Source of the DNA: Lama guanicoe
Taxonomy: Eukaryota
Direction: 5' to 3'
Length of the DNA: 64,000 nucleotides
NCBI GenBank assembly: GCA_013239625.1
Contig: MU054187.1
Coordinates: 11,181,231 to 11,245,230, forward strand
The notes under the pieces are model-generated. The model saw only the letters and a program-made list of their open reading frames with translations. It searched no databases and was not told where the DNA came from. Shown here one piece after another: positions 49,840 to 62,480 of this stretch (position 1 is the first letter of the stretch; each line of letters begins with the position of its first letter). The position numbers were made by a program, and so were the translations under genes.

Positions 49840-50275
49840 AGCAGGCGGAAGTGTGTCCATTCAGAAACCCCTCTCGATGTTTCTTCTCTTTCCAAAGTCA
49901 TAGCATGTCATTCCTGTATTCCTGTAAAAGGTCTTAAATACTCTGGGAACAGCTCCTCCTAACTTAGCACATACTTTGGGCTTTACCCAATCACGGGTTA
50001 CAAAACAGTTCATTCTGTTATGACCGGAAGTGATGGCATAAGCAAACAATGCCCATTTCCTTATTGACGACCATCCTCTGGCAAAAGGATGGTCGTCAAT
50101 AATCTTCACACGCGACAGAGACCCATCGGTGCTTTGAAGTAGACAGTAGTTTTCACCTATAAAAGGAATTCAGAAAGTGACTCAATTCTAAGATTAGAAG
50201 CATGTTCTTACCTTCATTTCTCTTAGATGGAGCCACATATTTAAATCCCGCCCTGCCAATCACTGACTCATCCTA
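49840..50275. promoter_or_regulatory. Candidate enhancer/promoter motif cluster
   Basis: ETS 49845 and 50023, CCAAT 49987 and 50256, TATAAAAG 50158, AP-1 TGACTCA 50178 and 50264, GC box 50247, in unique sequence. Confidence 0.45.
50061..50102. repeat. Perfect 17-bp inverted repeat with 8-nt spacer
   Basis: ttattgacgaccatcct-ctggcaaa-aggatggtcgtcaataa. Confidence 0.97.
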
Positions 50276-51059
50276 CCGTTTATACTTTTGGCTCGGTGGT
50301 TCACCGCTTCTGTGATGTTTTAAGGAAAACTTGCCTCACAAAACACCCTGATCAACCCACCAGAAACTCTAAAATGAGACAGAATGCTGACAAACCAACA
50401 TCACTTATTTCTACATTCACTACAATAATATGATTCAAATAAAGCCTCACATCTTTGATATTCATGAAATTACAATTAATCATTTACTCACTTTTTAAAA
50501 TAATTGCTTCTTATCAACTTTTTTCTGTAACAATTTAAATTTCAAATTATCACTCCATTGGCATGGGAAAACATAATTTCTGTCAATCTTTCCCACTTCC
50601 AAATCCAGGACTCAGTCTAAACGCTAATTTTATCTTTGAAGAATCTATAAAAAAAAAGTTTGCTAAGGAAATTAACAGAAGAATAAAACATGGAGCTTAT
50701 CCTACTTAAGACTTGATCTGCTAATCTAAATTCATTTCTGTTTATCCATGAAGATGATTTCTGAAAGACCATAGTCTGTCTTTGTTAATTCTTTGATAAT
50801 TCCAGTTCTTTGCAATTCCAACAACTACATTTTCTCAGGAGAAATAAAGAGCCAGCTATATTCATTAATTTCATCTACTAGTGTTGTAATCATGCATTTC
50901 AGTGATTTTCCACCACTGTTTTGAACCAATGGGTTTTATTACAACAGCCACTGCCATGATTGTGCAGTGATAACCGCTCAGTGAGCCCATGAGAAGTGCA
51001 CTCTTAGATCACAAATGTTATGTTGTTGTTATTTCAATAGACCTAAGTCCTCACAAATT

Positions 51060-51660
51060 TTATTACATTTCCAGGCACATCAAGTACGTACAAAGAGCAT
51101 TTTCAAATCAATAAGGAAAGGAAGAATAGCCTATGTATTTTTTGTACTTTTTGGGGGGGAGGGGAGGTCATTAGGTTTATTTATTTATTTTTAGAAGAGG
51201 TACTGGGGATTGAACCTAGGACCTTGTGCATGCTAGGCATGCCCTCTACCACTTGAGCTATGTCCTTCCCCCATCCTATATATTTTTTAAAACGGGCCAA
51301 TTGACATGGAAATAAATATCCAGCTTCATAAATAATGAAAGGGATGCAAAAATTAAGATGCAGTACTGTGTATTTTTTTGCATAAGAAAAATGCATTCTT
51401 TCAAATGATTACATGCAGTGTTTACAAGGATGCAGGGGAAAGGGGACTCTGACATTGCGGGGTTATCCATAGGTACAGGCCTACTTCGGAGAATTTAGTC
51501 AAAGATCTCCAAAGGTGAATGCCTTGTACTCTATAAATTTCACTCTTTGGATCTTAAGACAAGATCTTGATGTGGAGACAGACTTTAGGGCAAACTTAGA
51601 GTAGCATTAATTATAATAATGTCAACTGGAAAATGAGTTAAGTGCCCAGCCAAAGAAAAT
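51060..51660 (+). mobile_element. Highly diverged L1ME-type fragment hosting a SINE
   Basis: 'caaatcaataaggaaaggaagaatagcc', 'aaacgggccaattgacatg', 'caactggaaaatgagttaagtgccca'. Confidence 0.55.
51144..51274 (-). mobile_element. tRNA-Ala-derived SINE (Vic-1-like), long form
   Basis: Antisense 'gaggtactggggattgaacctaggaccttgtgcatgctaggcatg...accacttgagctat' plus tail 'ggggaggtcattaggtttatttatttattt'; TSD cctatgtatttttt (51130-51143)/cctatatatttttt (51275-51288). Confidence 0.92.
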
Positions 51661-52894
51661 TGATCAGTTTCATTTATTTAACCAATAAATTGTGCCAGTC
51701 ACTGTTTTTTGATCACTTTCTCTGCCACCCCTCTGCACTGGTTCTCATGACACAGCGAGCGGTTCCCATAAGACAGTGATTGGTATAATCCGCATGAGGT
51801 CAATTTGAATTCCCACCATATTGCTCATGATCCACAGCTTCTATGCTGACTCCTTTGTGGCAGAAGGAGGTGTGGGCTAAATGGGGTGGTTTCAGAACCA
51901 TTGCTTCATTGTAAAACTATCCTCTTGATAGATCGAAACTCAATCAAATAAAGATTATCAGCACGATAAGATGACTCTGCTTCATTGCTGCAGTTAATGA
52001 CACAGTTTGGCTTTCTTTCTGAAAGTGTCCCCCACTTCTCCTTTCTCCTCCTGGGACTATCTTGTACATCTTGTGCTTAAAATAGTTTATTGAAGCATTT
52101 GAGGCATGTGGCTGGATTGATGGGAAATCAGGGAGCTTTCCCGGGCCTGATCTGTGAACTTTCCTTGCTCTCCCTTCTCCCTTATTTAGCAGTCTTTACC
52201 GTTTGATTTGTACCAGGCTTCTGGCTGTTCCTCTGTTTTTCCATGTGCTCTGACGAATTTTACAGGGGACTAGCTACACAATCGCCCTCCACTTTTATGA
52301 GCTCAGTCATAGCATTGTTAGGGCCAGGTGCTTTTCCCAGCTAACTTTTTTTTTTTTTGCTGTGGGTTTTTAGATGTGGTTTCAATTTCTTCCCTAAGGC
52401 CTCAGAGACAAAGTTTCTTTCGGTGTGTTTAACTGCCTCATTACTGATCATTTTCCCTGGAATATTTAATATCCTTTTCTAATGTCAATGGGTTTGAACC
52501 ATTCTTTAAGGTGTTTGCTTTCTTAAATATAAATATTCCTTTGCCTTCAGACACAGAATTGAAATTTATAGAATCTGACACTCGACATGTCTCAGAAATG
52601 ACGGCCATTCACTCCCAGAGCGCTCTTTCTTGGAGTCTCATGTGTAATGGGAGAAGCCAATCTAACCAGGATATTTGGGCGAAACTGGAAATGTCTTTTT
52701 ATTGCCCTTCAGTGGTAACATTTTATATAATTGGTATATATAAATAGACAGACCTTCCACATGGGATGTGACTTGGAAAAAAAGTTTTGCTTGAATAATG
52801 ACTCCTAATGAGGATGAAATATTAAAGAACAACTTAATCTCTTTTGAGCCAGCCATTTTTAAAATCTCTCTGGTTGGACCTTAAAGAAGGACAG

Positions 52895-53098
52895 AAACTG
52901 TACTGAACACTGGAAATTTGCTGAGTAGATTTCATGTGCTCTTATCACACACACAAAATGGTAAGGGTGTGAGAGGAATGTCAATTAGCTTGATTACAGT
53001 GATCATTCCACGATGCATATAGATATAAATCATCACGTTGTGCACCTTAACTATATATGACCTTTGTTTTAAAATAAAATTAAATAACTAAATAAAAA
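52895..53098 (+). mobile_element. L1MA9/10-type 3' end
   Basis: 'ggaaatttgctgagtagatttcatgtgctctta...aattagcttgattacagtgatcattccac...atcacgttgtgcaccttaa'. Confidence 0.85.
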
Positions 53099-53784
53099 GG
53101 CTAGGAAAACACTTCTGTGGGTTTCAGACTTGAGAACTCATCTGTGGGTTCAACATGCAGTAGGAGGAAGAGAGACATGGAGTAGTTGTTCAAATTAAAA
53201 CACAAGTGAACTTTAAAGGTTTAGTCCTGTAGAGAGAATATGTATTTTATAACTTTATAAGAAATAGAAAATTTTAAACAGAAACTTAAGACATTATGGA
53301 TTCTCTCACCTTACTAAATAGCTCCCCCTGGAATTTCTTTAAAGTGTTTTTTAAACTTGAAACTTCGTATCTTAGCATGTGTATAATATTCCTTTACCTT
53401 TATCACTTACTATTTCCTAATTTATGGATATAACTATTTCTCTGAATCATTGATTTTGTGTGAATGTGTGAGGATACTGATGCATGAGGAGAAGCAGCTG
53501 GAAATATTTTATTTAAAATGTTATAAAGCTACTTACATATTTCCACAGGAATGCTTCTTTTAAAATAAATACTTTGAAACTGTGAACAAACTGTATTGAT
53601 AACTGGTTTAAAAACAATAAACAAAAGATGGAGAAAAGAGGAATTACCTGTGAAAAGCATTAACAATCAGATCTCCTAAAGACAGGCTTGGGGACTTTTC
53701 TCAATTTCATTTTTAGAAATGATTTTGAAGAAGAAATGTATAGTAAGACCTGCAAGTTTAGAGAATAACACTGAGATCTTCTAG

Positions 53785-54105
53785 ACCAACGCTATCTTGC
53801 TAATATGCAGGTTTGATTCAGTGGGTCTGGGGTGGGGTCTGAGATTCTACATTGCTAACAAGCTCTTGGGTGACACAAAAGCTGAGTATCCTCAGACTCT
53901 ACAATGAGGAGCAAGACGGCTAGAGCAATTGTTCTCAACCCCGGCTGCACAAAAGAAGCACTTAGGGAGGTTTTTTAAATCTCAGTGTTCAACCCACACC
54001 CCAGAACAACTAAATCAAATTTTCTAAGGATGGGATCCAGGCAGAAGTATTTTAAAAATCTTTTTAGGTGAGTCCAATATATAATCAAGGTTGAGAATCA
54101 CAGTT
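53785..54105. mobile_element. Two adjacent MER5-family hAT-Charlie elements (~53785-53918 and ~53925-54105)
   Basis: 'tgattcagtgggtctggggtggggtctgagattctacattgctaacaagctc' and 'gttctcaaccccggctgcac...cacaccccagaacaactaaatca...caaggttgagaatcacag'. Confidence 0.85.
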
Positions 54106-54289
54106 CTAAGTAGTGAAGGAGGAAAGGCAACTCAAGACACCTAGAAAAAGGTAGAAATGGTCCAAGAAGTTTCAGTGTAGAAAAGTGTAGTCATGTGTTT
54201 AGAGAAATGTGCTCCCAATCCCACTGACAAGATGACAGACAGGAGACCATCAGTTTTGACTTAGGAAAGGGGTGTGTACGCCCTGCACT

Positions 54290-54468
54290 GGTGTCTACAA
54301 TACCACTTACACTATAGCATAATTGCATATTCATTTGTCTCTCCCACCAAGTGCTAGCTCTCTGAGGCGGCAGGAAATAGCTCTTGTTGACCACTGAATC
54401 CTAGCTCTCAACAGAGTACCTGGTATGCGGTAGACACTCACTGAAGAGTTGTTGAGTTCATGGATGGA
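54290..54468 (+). mobile_element. L2 3' end
   Basis: 'tgtctctcccacc...ctctctgaggcggcagg...tcttgttgaccactgaatcctag...agtacctggtat...gttgttgagttcatggatgg'. Confidence 0.85.
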
Positions 54469-55300
54469 TAGTTACTGAGTGCTTATCTGATGCCAGGCAC
54501 TGTGGCAGGTGGTCTGGTTATAGTAAGAAGTCAGAGACGGGGTCCCATTCTGGCAGGATAAGGGAGAAAGAGGCAACATGCAACTAAGTAAATCAACAAT
54601 AACTTATCAGATATGGAGAAATGCTGGGTGGAGAATCCAAACCTGGTGATGTGACAGAGAATAGCTATGTGGCTACTCTGAATTGAGTGAGGTTATACTC
54701 AAACTGAGAACCAAATGACAAGATAGAGCCACCGATAGAAGATCCAGAGGACCCAGTATAAATGCTCACAGGTAGGAAGAACTTAGAGTTCAATGAATAA
54801 AAACAGATGACTTTGAAAGTAACGGCAAGAGAAATATGGTAGGAAATGAGGTCAAAGATGTACGTAGAGAGAGGTCAGATTCTGCAGGACTTTAAAGGCA
54901 AAGATAAGAAGTCTGAATTTTATTATAAACACAATAGAGAACCATTCAATGGAGGACTTTAATCCAGGAAGAACATCTATTGATTTCTATCTTTGAGAGA
55001 TCCCATTAGCAGTTGAGGGAGAAACGGATTAAAGAGGAATCATTGCTGGAAACTGGAGACCAGTTAGGAGGCTGCTACTGCCGTCCACATGAGCTGTGCC
55101 ATTTTCTGAGATGGGGAAACTGAAAGAATAAACCATGGGGGAAAAGGTGAAAATCAAGAATCCTGCTTTGCTTATGAAACATCTGTTAGACAGGCAAGCA
55201 GAAATACCAAGAAGGGAGTGTCATATACCTTTCTGGTGACCAGGAGAGGGCTCAAGGATGAAGAAAAATATTGGGGGAACTATACAAATCTAGAAGAGAA
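54469..55300 (-). mobile_element. L2 3' region, tail-to-tail with the preceding copy
   Basis: 'ttactgagtgcttatctgatgccaggcactgtgg', 'aggaaatgaggtcaaagatg', 'ggagaccagttaggaggctgct'. Confidence 0.85.
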
Positions 55301-56258
55301 GGAACCCCAGTATGGCCCTGCTATGAGAATCTGTTGGGCAGAAACAAGACAGCCATCAAAGGGTTTAGGATACCAGGAGAGGGGGCGGGTTCATTAAAAG
55401 CAAAAATCAGCTAAATACTGCAGAAGGAGTATAGAATACTAGACAACTCAGAGCACATTGCTAAATTAAAGGTACTTCTTATGTTTTATGTAATATGATT
55501 ATTTCAAGTTGCCTCTTCATTTATTTATAGTTGATACTTTAAATTTTGTGAAAGAGAATAAATTCCTTTTGAAACTCATTCCATAAAAAATTTGAGGTTT
55601 AAAAATAATTCATGGAGTTAAATATAAGAAAAAAGGAAGCAGTTCTAAGAAGAAAGATGGATTTGGGGGCCATTTTTTTCATATAAATGAGAACTGAATT
55701 GTATGCTACCACAGCAAGCTTAAGGCAGGAGTTCTCCCCGGGGTTAGGGGATGGATGGGGCAGGCAGGCTCTCCCCGTTGGAAGCATCTCAAGATCGCTC
55801 CTCGATGTGTTGCACCTACAGGAAACGCAGACGCTTCGCATCTCCCTGGTCCACCTGTGCATCGCTGTTGTGGTGAGCAGCTAGCACTTCCTGGAGGATG
55901 CCGTATTCGTCAAGTGGGTTACAGTGGAAAATCATTGATAACCACCCCCTTTAGGCATTAAAAGATACTGAAGCCTTCTCTGGTACCTACTTTTAAATGT
56001 ACAGCGAAGCACTAGGAAGAATGGGTTTAAATATTTTATAAGAATAACAAAGTCATAATAGAGTCACTATGTTCTTAATTTGTATTTCATTTAAGGATAA
56101 AGTATGTTTTTAAAACTCTTACCCACCTGAACTGTTCTCATAGTGCACAGTCTACAACCTTTAATAGAGGATCACCGAAATGGAAAACTTTACCTCAAGG
56201 AAAAAGACATAGCACAGTGCCACGTTTAAAATAGACAAACAAACATGGATGTGGGGGA

Positions 56259-56699
56259 TGTTATGGGTCAAACTGTGTCCCCAGAAGACGTACTGAAGTC
56301 CTAACTCCCAGCACCTCAGAGTGTGACCTTATTTGGAAATGGGGTCTTCGTGGGTGTAACTCATTAAGATGAGGTCACGCAGGGGCTGGGTGAGCCCTTC
56401 ATCCGATAACTGATGTCATTAACGGAAAAGGAGAGAGGTGCACGAGAAGACGGGCAGGTGATGGTGGAGGCAGAGATTGTAGTATTGCATCTACAAGCCG
56501 AGGAACAACAAGGACTAAAGACGAATGTCAGAAGCTTCCAGAAGGAACCAGGAAGGAGTCTCCCCTGCAGGTTTCACGGGGAGCTCGGGCACCTCGATGT
56601 GGGACATCTAGCCTTCAGAACTGGAAGCAAAAAGTTTCTGCTGTTTTAAGCCACCCGCTTCCTGTTACTTTGTGACAGCAGCCCTGGGCAACTAATACA
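56259..56699 (+). mobile_element. MLT1B/C MaLR solo LTR
   Basis: 'tgttatggg...tgaagtcctaactcccagcacctcagagtgtgaccttatttggaaat...gttttaagccaccc...cagcagccctgggcaactaataca'. Confidence 0.92.
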
Positions 56700-56950
56700 A
56701 CCACAGCTCTGTCCCTTCCTAGCACTGTGACCCTGGGAAGTCCTTTACTTCTCTGGGCCTCCATCTCTTGTAATGTGAAACGGGGAAGATAGTAATAGAA
56801 TTGTGGTAAAGCTTAAAGGAGTGAATGTATGTGCAGCAGTTAGAAGAATGTTAGGTTCTTAGTAAAGTTTATATAAACCTTTATTACACTCACAGGAATA
56901 TGTAAAAGACCTACCACGGTACTTGATCCACAAATGGCATTCAATGAACA
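56700..56950 (+). mobile_element. MIR
   Basis: 'ctgtgaccctgggaagtcctttacttctctgggcctc...tgtgaaacgggga...gaattgtggtaaagcttaaa'. Confidence 0.8.
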
Positions 56951-58799
56951 GGTTGTTTCCTTTCTACAGTTATAAGTTACTAACCATTACTAATTTTAAA
57001 GCATGGTAGCCTTTATAAAATAATAGGCAGCTTTTTACTATATCAGATAAATCAGTAAAAGAAAAAAGCCTTTTGTTTCAGAAAAGTCTTTTGGAAATTA
57101 AAAAAAAAATTGGGGGGAGGAATTTTGAATCCTGAGTTTATCTTTGAAGACCGCCTTCATCCCCACTCTTTACTACCCAGTTCTTCAGTACAAGGGCCTG
57201 GAATTGACTCGGCTACTAGACAAAGAAAGCTTTGATTACATAGATTACTTTTCAGCCCCATAACCACCCCCAAATAAAATTCACTTAATTTAAATCCGTG
57301 GAAGCCTGGGAATTTGTGCTTTGAATTTTGAGTTCCTGATCCTTCCATGCAGACATTTGAAAGCTGACAGAATTCGTAATTTGTATGAATACTGACTTGT
57401 TTTTCACCACATATGAAGAGCTCTATAATTTCTTTAAACATTAAGTATGTTTTGATAAATTTCAGAAAGTAATTTCATGTTACACATAATATCAGCCACT
57501 AGGACATTAACTTATATGCACTATTTCACACCCCTAAAATTCATTTGACACACATTCATTCAGAAAGCATTTATTGAATTATTTTGTACAGATCATTGTA
57601 GAGGAAAAAGGAAATAGAGAGATGTAAGAAACTAATACACAATACAAGGAAAAATAAAACGCATCCTACAGGAGCATATACGTGAGCCACCGACTCTTCC
57701 CAGGCATTCAGTGAAGGCTTCATCGCAGATGTAGCATTTGATGGAACTCTTGAAGGATACCAATTTTTAAAACTTAAATTTTTCCTTTTAACTTTCACAT
57801 TTTCATAATAATTCCACTGGCTGCCAAGAACTCCAATAAAAAAATTAAAACATTGATAATCCAAAATGGATGAACATTTATCAGTGGTAAATCTAAAACA
57901 TTTGTTAGAATCCTACTGAGAGCCTTTGACCTCAGAGCACAAAAGCAAAATCCGTTCCTTAAAAGATCAAGTAAAGGACGGTGAAAGAGAGCAAGATGTG
58001 CCTGCACGCGCCCATGAGACCACGGTGGCCACAGGAGTCTTCTGACATGCCTTCACGTATCACCTGGCTGAGCTAATGATCCAAAGTAAAGGGAGCGTTT
58101 ATCATTCCTTTAATTCTAGCAGTGTTTGAAAACTTGAGGTGAAAGACACCATCTTATGCAGTCTTCCTTTTGGAGTTTGGCAAAACAAACCCATAAGAGA
58201 GGTATTGGATTTGTTTTCTTTGGCAGAGAGGCGCGGTCTAAACTTCTTTCAACTGAAGCTCATTACCATCTTTGGCGGGAGAGCAGCTGAGATCATGGCC
58301 AACTTGTGCATCCTCTAAGGGACCCAAAAGGAAGCTGGAATCATCTCTGAAAATACTGATATCCACCAGGAAGCTCCAAGAGCCATTACCAAAAAAAAAA
58401 AAAGAGAGAGAAAGGAAAAAATATACAAATATATACATTCAGATATATTGGTTTATTGACAAAAAGCCTTTAGCTTGCAGCATTAGTCATCTAAAAATAC
58501 CAGAGTATAATTGGAGCCGCAGAGAGCCACTAACCAACACCAATTAGGTGTTCAAATTATGAGCTCACAGCCAACCACAATCCCCTCAAGGGACGCAGAC
58601 AATGCTTTCACAGGACCTGAATTTCACACAGGCAGGACTGAGTAATGAATTAAGACCCTTGTATACATAATTCAACACACGAACACCGAGCTAAAGAGTC
58701 TCGTAATCTGAAAATCCCATTTTGTCTACCTGTATTTACCTAGAGAGACTGACTTTCGGGTTCCATTTTCTATGTTATTTTGAGTTTGGGTCCGATAGG

Positions 58800-59010
58800 A
58801 GGCCTTTGAGAAACAAGGTCCTGGGAGAACCCAGGCTCCTGTATCAAACGCCGACTCCACTACGTGCTGACCGTGGAACCTTGGTTGAGGCCCTCTGAGC
58901 CTCGATTTTCTTGTCTATAAAATGGAGTAAAACAACACTTGATTCCGAGAAAGCTGGTGGGGCAGAGCACATCACGGTACTGAACGTACACGAGAGAGCG
59001 CCGTCCTTCC
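58800..59010 (+). mobile_element. MIR (diverged)
   Basis: 'ccttggttgaggccctctgagcctcgattttcttgtctataaaatggag'. Confidence 0.7.
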
Positions 59011-61904
59011 CACGGCCACTGGAGCAGTTTTCAACTTCTCAATTCAAGTACCGCTCAATGCAAGTTGAAAGTAATGTCATTTGCTGTGTGTCTGGACTGG
59101 TTTAAGTGGGCAACAGAAGAACGTGTTTCAGCTACTTGTCTAACAACCCCCTAAAGCCCTTGGAAAGGCCTCTCAATGCTAGGCTTGAAGAAGGACTTTC
59201 TTTAATAACAGAAAGTACATGAAAAGCTCTCCTCATCATGTGATCTCACAGGCTTCTGCAGGCACTGATGACCCTGGGAAGGCGCACAGGCTGACACCTG
59301 GACTTTCTGCACTTTGATCCGGCCACCCTCCACCACGAGCTGCAAAGACTGGGAAGAGAAGTGTCAGGTCACAGCAAGACAGACCTGAGAGCCTTCAATG
59401 GGACGTGGGAAGTCGGAGTTGAGCATTCTACTCTTTGGAGATGTTGGAATGCTTCCACAGGTGAAGGTTTTAAATTAACTTCTATGTAGGTTTTTGACAA
59501 GAAAGCTAGGCACAGCTCTCTTTGAATTAAGTTCCCTTAAAAGATACAGGAAGGACGGGGTTATTACTTCTTGTCCCTTCTGATACATCACTCCATAAAG
59601 GTCATTCGTCATAGCTTCCTTGGGCTGATGGTGTTGCCTTGGATCTCATCCAAAAATGTTCTTTTCCCAGGCCTTTCCTGCGCACGGCTAGGGCGTACAT
59701 GACTGTCCACTCTCCCATGGTGTCTTTTGACTTAAAAGGACAGTGAGACAGAGACCAACAGTGTGGGATAGAATGATGCCAACCCACCTTGGAGACCATT
59801 GCAAATACTGAGTTATTACATGTTCGTACCAGTCTTGCAGAAAGTTACCAGTTGCATTTAAAATTCCATATAACCAAGGCGTTGGAGGAAGTTACAGAGT
59901 TACAATGGTGAGCAAAAACCTGACCAGCAGACGCAGCTCATGCACCCAAAGAGCAGTAACCCATCCCTGTCTCCAGAAGACTGGAGCACGCTCCTTGGTG
60001 TCAGTGGCGCAAGGCTTGCCTTTAATGATGCAACTCTTCATGGTTGTGATGAGTCGGGGAAAATGTGAAGACAGCAATCCTAGCTTCCTCACCACCAGGA
60101 ACGTCAGACCAAACGTTTCCGAATATTCAGATGTCCATGGAAAAACATTTTTAAAGTAAGACAATTTCTAATCAGTAGGGATTCTCATCCCCTTGTTAGA
60201 CAACTTGAGATTTGGTAGAGGATAGTAACATTTTCCATTGTGCTCTGAAACAAAAGGAACTTTTGCTCAAAAAATTAACATTTATTGAGTCTTCTTTAAT
60301 AATGCTTTATATTCTTACCTCCAAAACGTCTCAGTAAACAAAACAAATAGAAACAGAATTAGTGATTCCACTGGCTCTCTTCCCAGGCTAAGTACTCACG
60401 GCAAATGAGATTTTTATATTTCCTAACATCTGCATTTCATTCACATCTTCTCCCAAGTAGAGAACTTGAGACGGGATAAAGGAGCCACTCTGCCTCCACG
60501 GAACGAGGGTACCCTGGCTGAAATGGGCCAAATGTCTTTGAAAGTCCATCCACTGAGGGGAAAAACTGTTAACCACACCCCGCATTTGTGTATAGTCCTG
60601 TGTTTCTTCCTACTTAGCAGATTGTCCCGGGGAACTGCTTAAATTCTTTCGATTTGGTAGTAAACAGTTGCCATTTTGACCATTTCCTTTTGTAGACCCA
60701 CAAACTACAGAATAAATGAATAGCTCCTTTCCTTTGATGGCCTTGCCCAAGGGCCGTTTTAGCACCCCATAAATCCTGTAATTGTATAGGGTCATTTGGC
60801 AGTGTGCGGATTTCTCTGCTGAATCACAGTGAGAAGAAGATCAGGAGAAAACCTTAAAAAATAAAACATTACTGTGGCATTAGAAGATTTACAGTGGGAG
60901 CGGACAGCACTGGCAAAACCCCAGCAAGGTCTTCATGACTGATAAGGAGAAGGCATTACTGGCAAGGCTGAGCGTTAAGCATCCATCTTCCGTATTAGCT
61001 GGGAATAAAACTTAGAGCTCCATCCAATTCTCTTGTTTTCCTCCTGCACATGGCTGATGTCAGGGAGCGTGTGATGAAATTCCAAAGTAGGCTTAGCTGT
61101 CAAGGATGTGGACTGAGTAAGTCTATGTTCTTTTATGTAGATGGGCAGTAAATGGACTTATTACATGGTAGTGGGAAGAAACAGGCATGGGAAACAGAAA
61201 GCACTTAACCACTAGTGCATATGTTGTTTTTTGTTTTGTGTATGTGTGTGTTTTCCCCGGAGGGTCTCTGTCAAATGAATGTGTGTAAAAGCGTTGTACT
61301 ACTCTGCCAATTTTTTTATAAACTGCATTTTCGTGTCTCAACAAGAAATCAACATGGGGTTGAAATGCTTGGGGGTTTACTAAGCTGTACCATGCCAGGT
61401 CTTGGGGGGCTGCTGATAATGGTTTGGAAATCCAAATTATACCTGATTTAATAAAATCTGTGCTAGTCCCTGGATAAAAAACTCCAATTGCTGTGTTTAT
61501 AAATGCTTCGAGAACAGGGAAGTGTAAAAATACATATAAAGCATTTCCCGCAATGGTATCAAATTTAAAATGTTGTCTAGCAAGTTGAAACCAGTAATAA
61601 AGCTTCAGTAATTAACAGATTAAGATCTATCAACAGACTCTTCATATCAGAAATTAAAAGGAAAATTACAGGTCTCTTAAGAAGTTAAGGTTTCTCATAA
61701 AGCAATGGCAAGGAATAACTGCACATCTTAATGGAAATTTTTTTTTGGCAAAATAAGCAATGCTAAATTATATGGAACGTGTAATTCTTTTGAACTCTCT
61801 GAGGCTGGGAATCCTATAAAATAGAAGCTCCAGGTTTTTGAATGTGATTGCTAATACAAAAATAAACGTATTAGAAATAACCGATAATAAACGTTGCCTG
61901 TGTT

Positions 61905-62480
61905 GGAACTTCCCGAGGGTTTAGACCAGGGACTTCCTCTCTGTCTCTACTCCTTCCCCTAGGGGATCTCAGACCTTCCCAGTCCTCAGCGATCACGTGT
62001 GTGCTGGCAAATCCCAGACGCAATGTCCCACTTCTGAGCTTCTACCTGAGATCCAAACTGGTGTGTCCAGTTTTATCATGGACTAATGCCTAATTTATCA
62101 TGCAGCTCAAGGTAAACTTGTCCAGAACAGAACTTTTGATTTTTCAACTTCACTATACACATGTTCACACCACCCCCCTCCCCCCCCCATACACACACAC
62201 ACACACAAATTAAAATAAAAACAGAGCTGTTTCTGTCTTGGTCTTCCCCATCTCACCTTCCTCCCTGTCGCCCAAACCAAAACCTAGGAATTACCCGTAA
62301 TTATTCTCTTTCTCTCACCTCGCACATATAATCCTTTCAGCAGGACCTGCTGGCCCTCCTTCCGCAACATATACCAAATGGTCCCCCTCCTCTTCCTTCC
62401 CACTGCTATGACCCTATTCCAAACCACCATCTTCTCTCTTTGGCGCCTTAGAGGGTCTTCTGTTTCTATTCTTCTACTCA
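61905..62480 (+). mobile_element. L2 fragment with embedded poly-C/(AC)n at ~62173-62207
   Basis: 'ctactccttcccctaggggatctca', 'aacttgtccagaacagaactt', 'ccaaaacctaggaattacc'. Confidence 0.8.

Noticed and set aside
55822..55872. 51-nt plus-strand segment bounded by ctacag| and |gtgagc
   Set aside because: Weak polypyrimidine tract, no recognisable peptide in any frame and no partner exons
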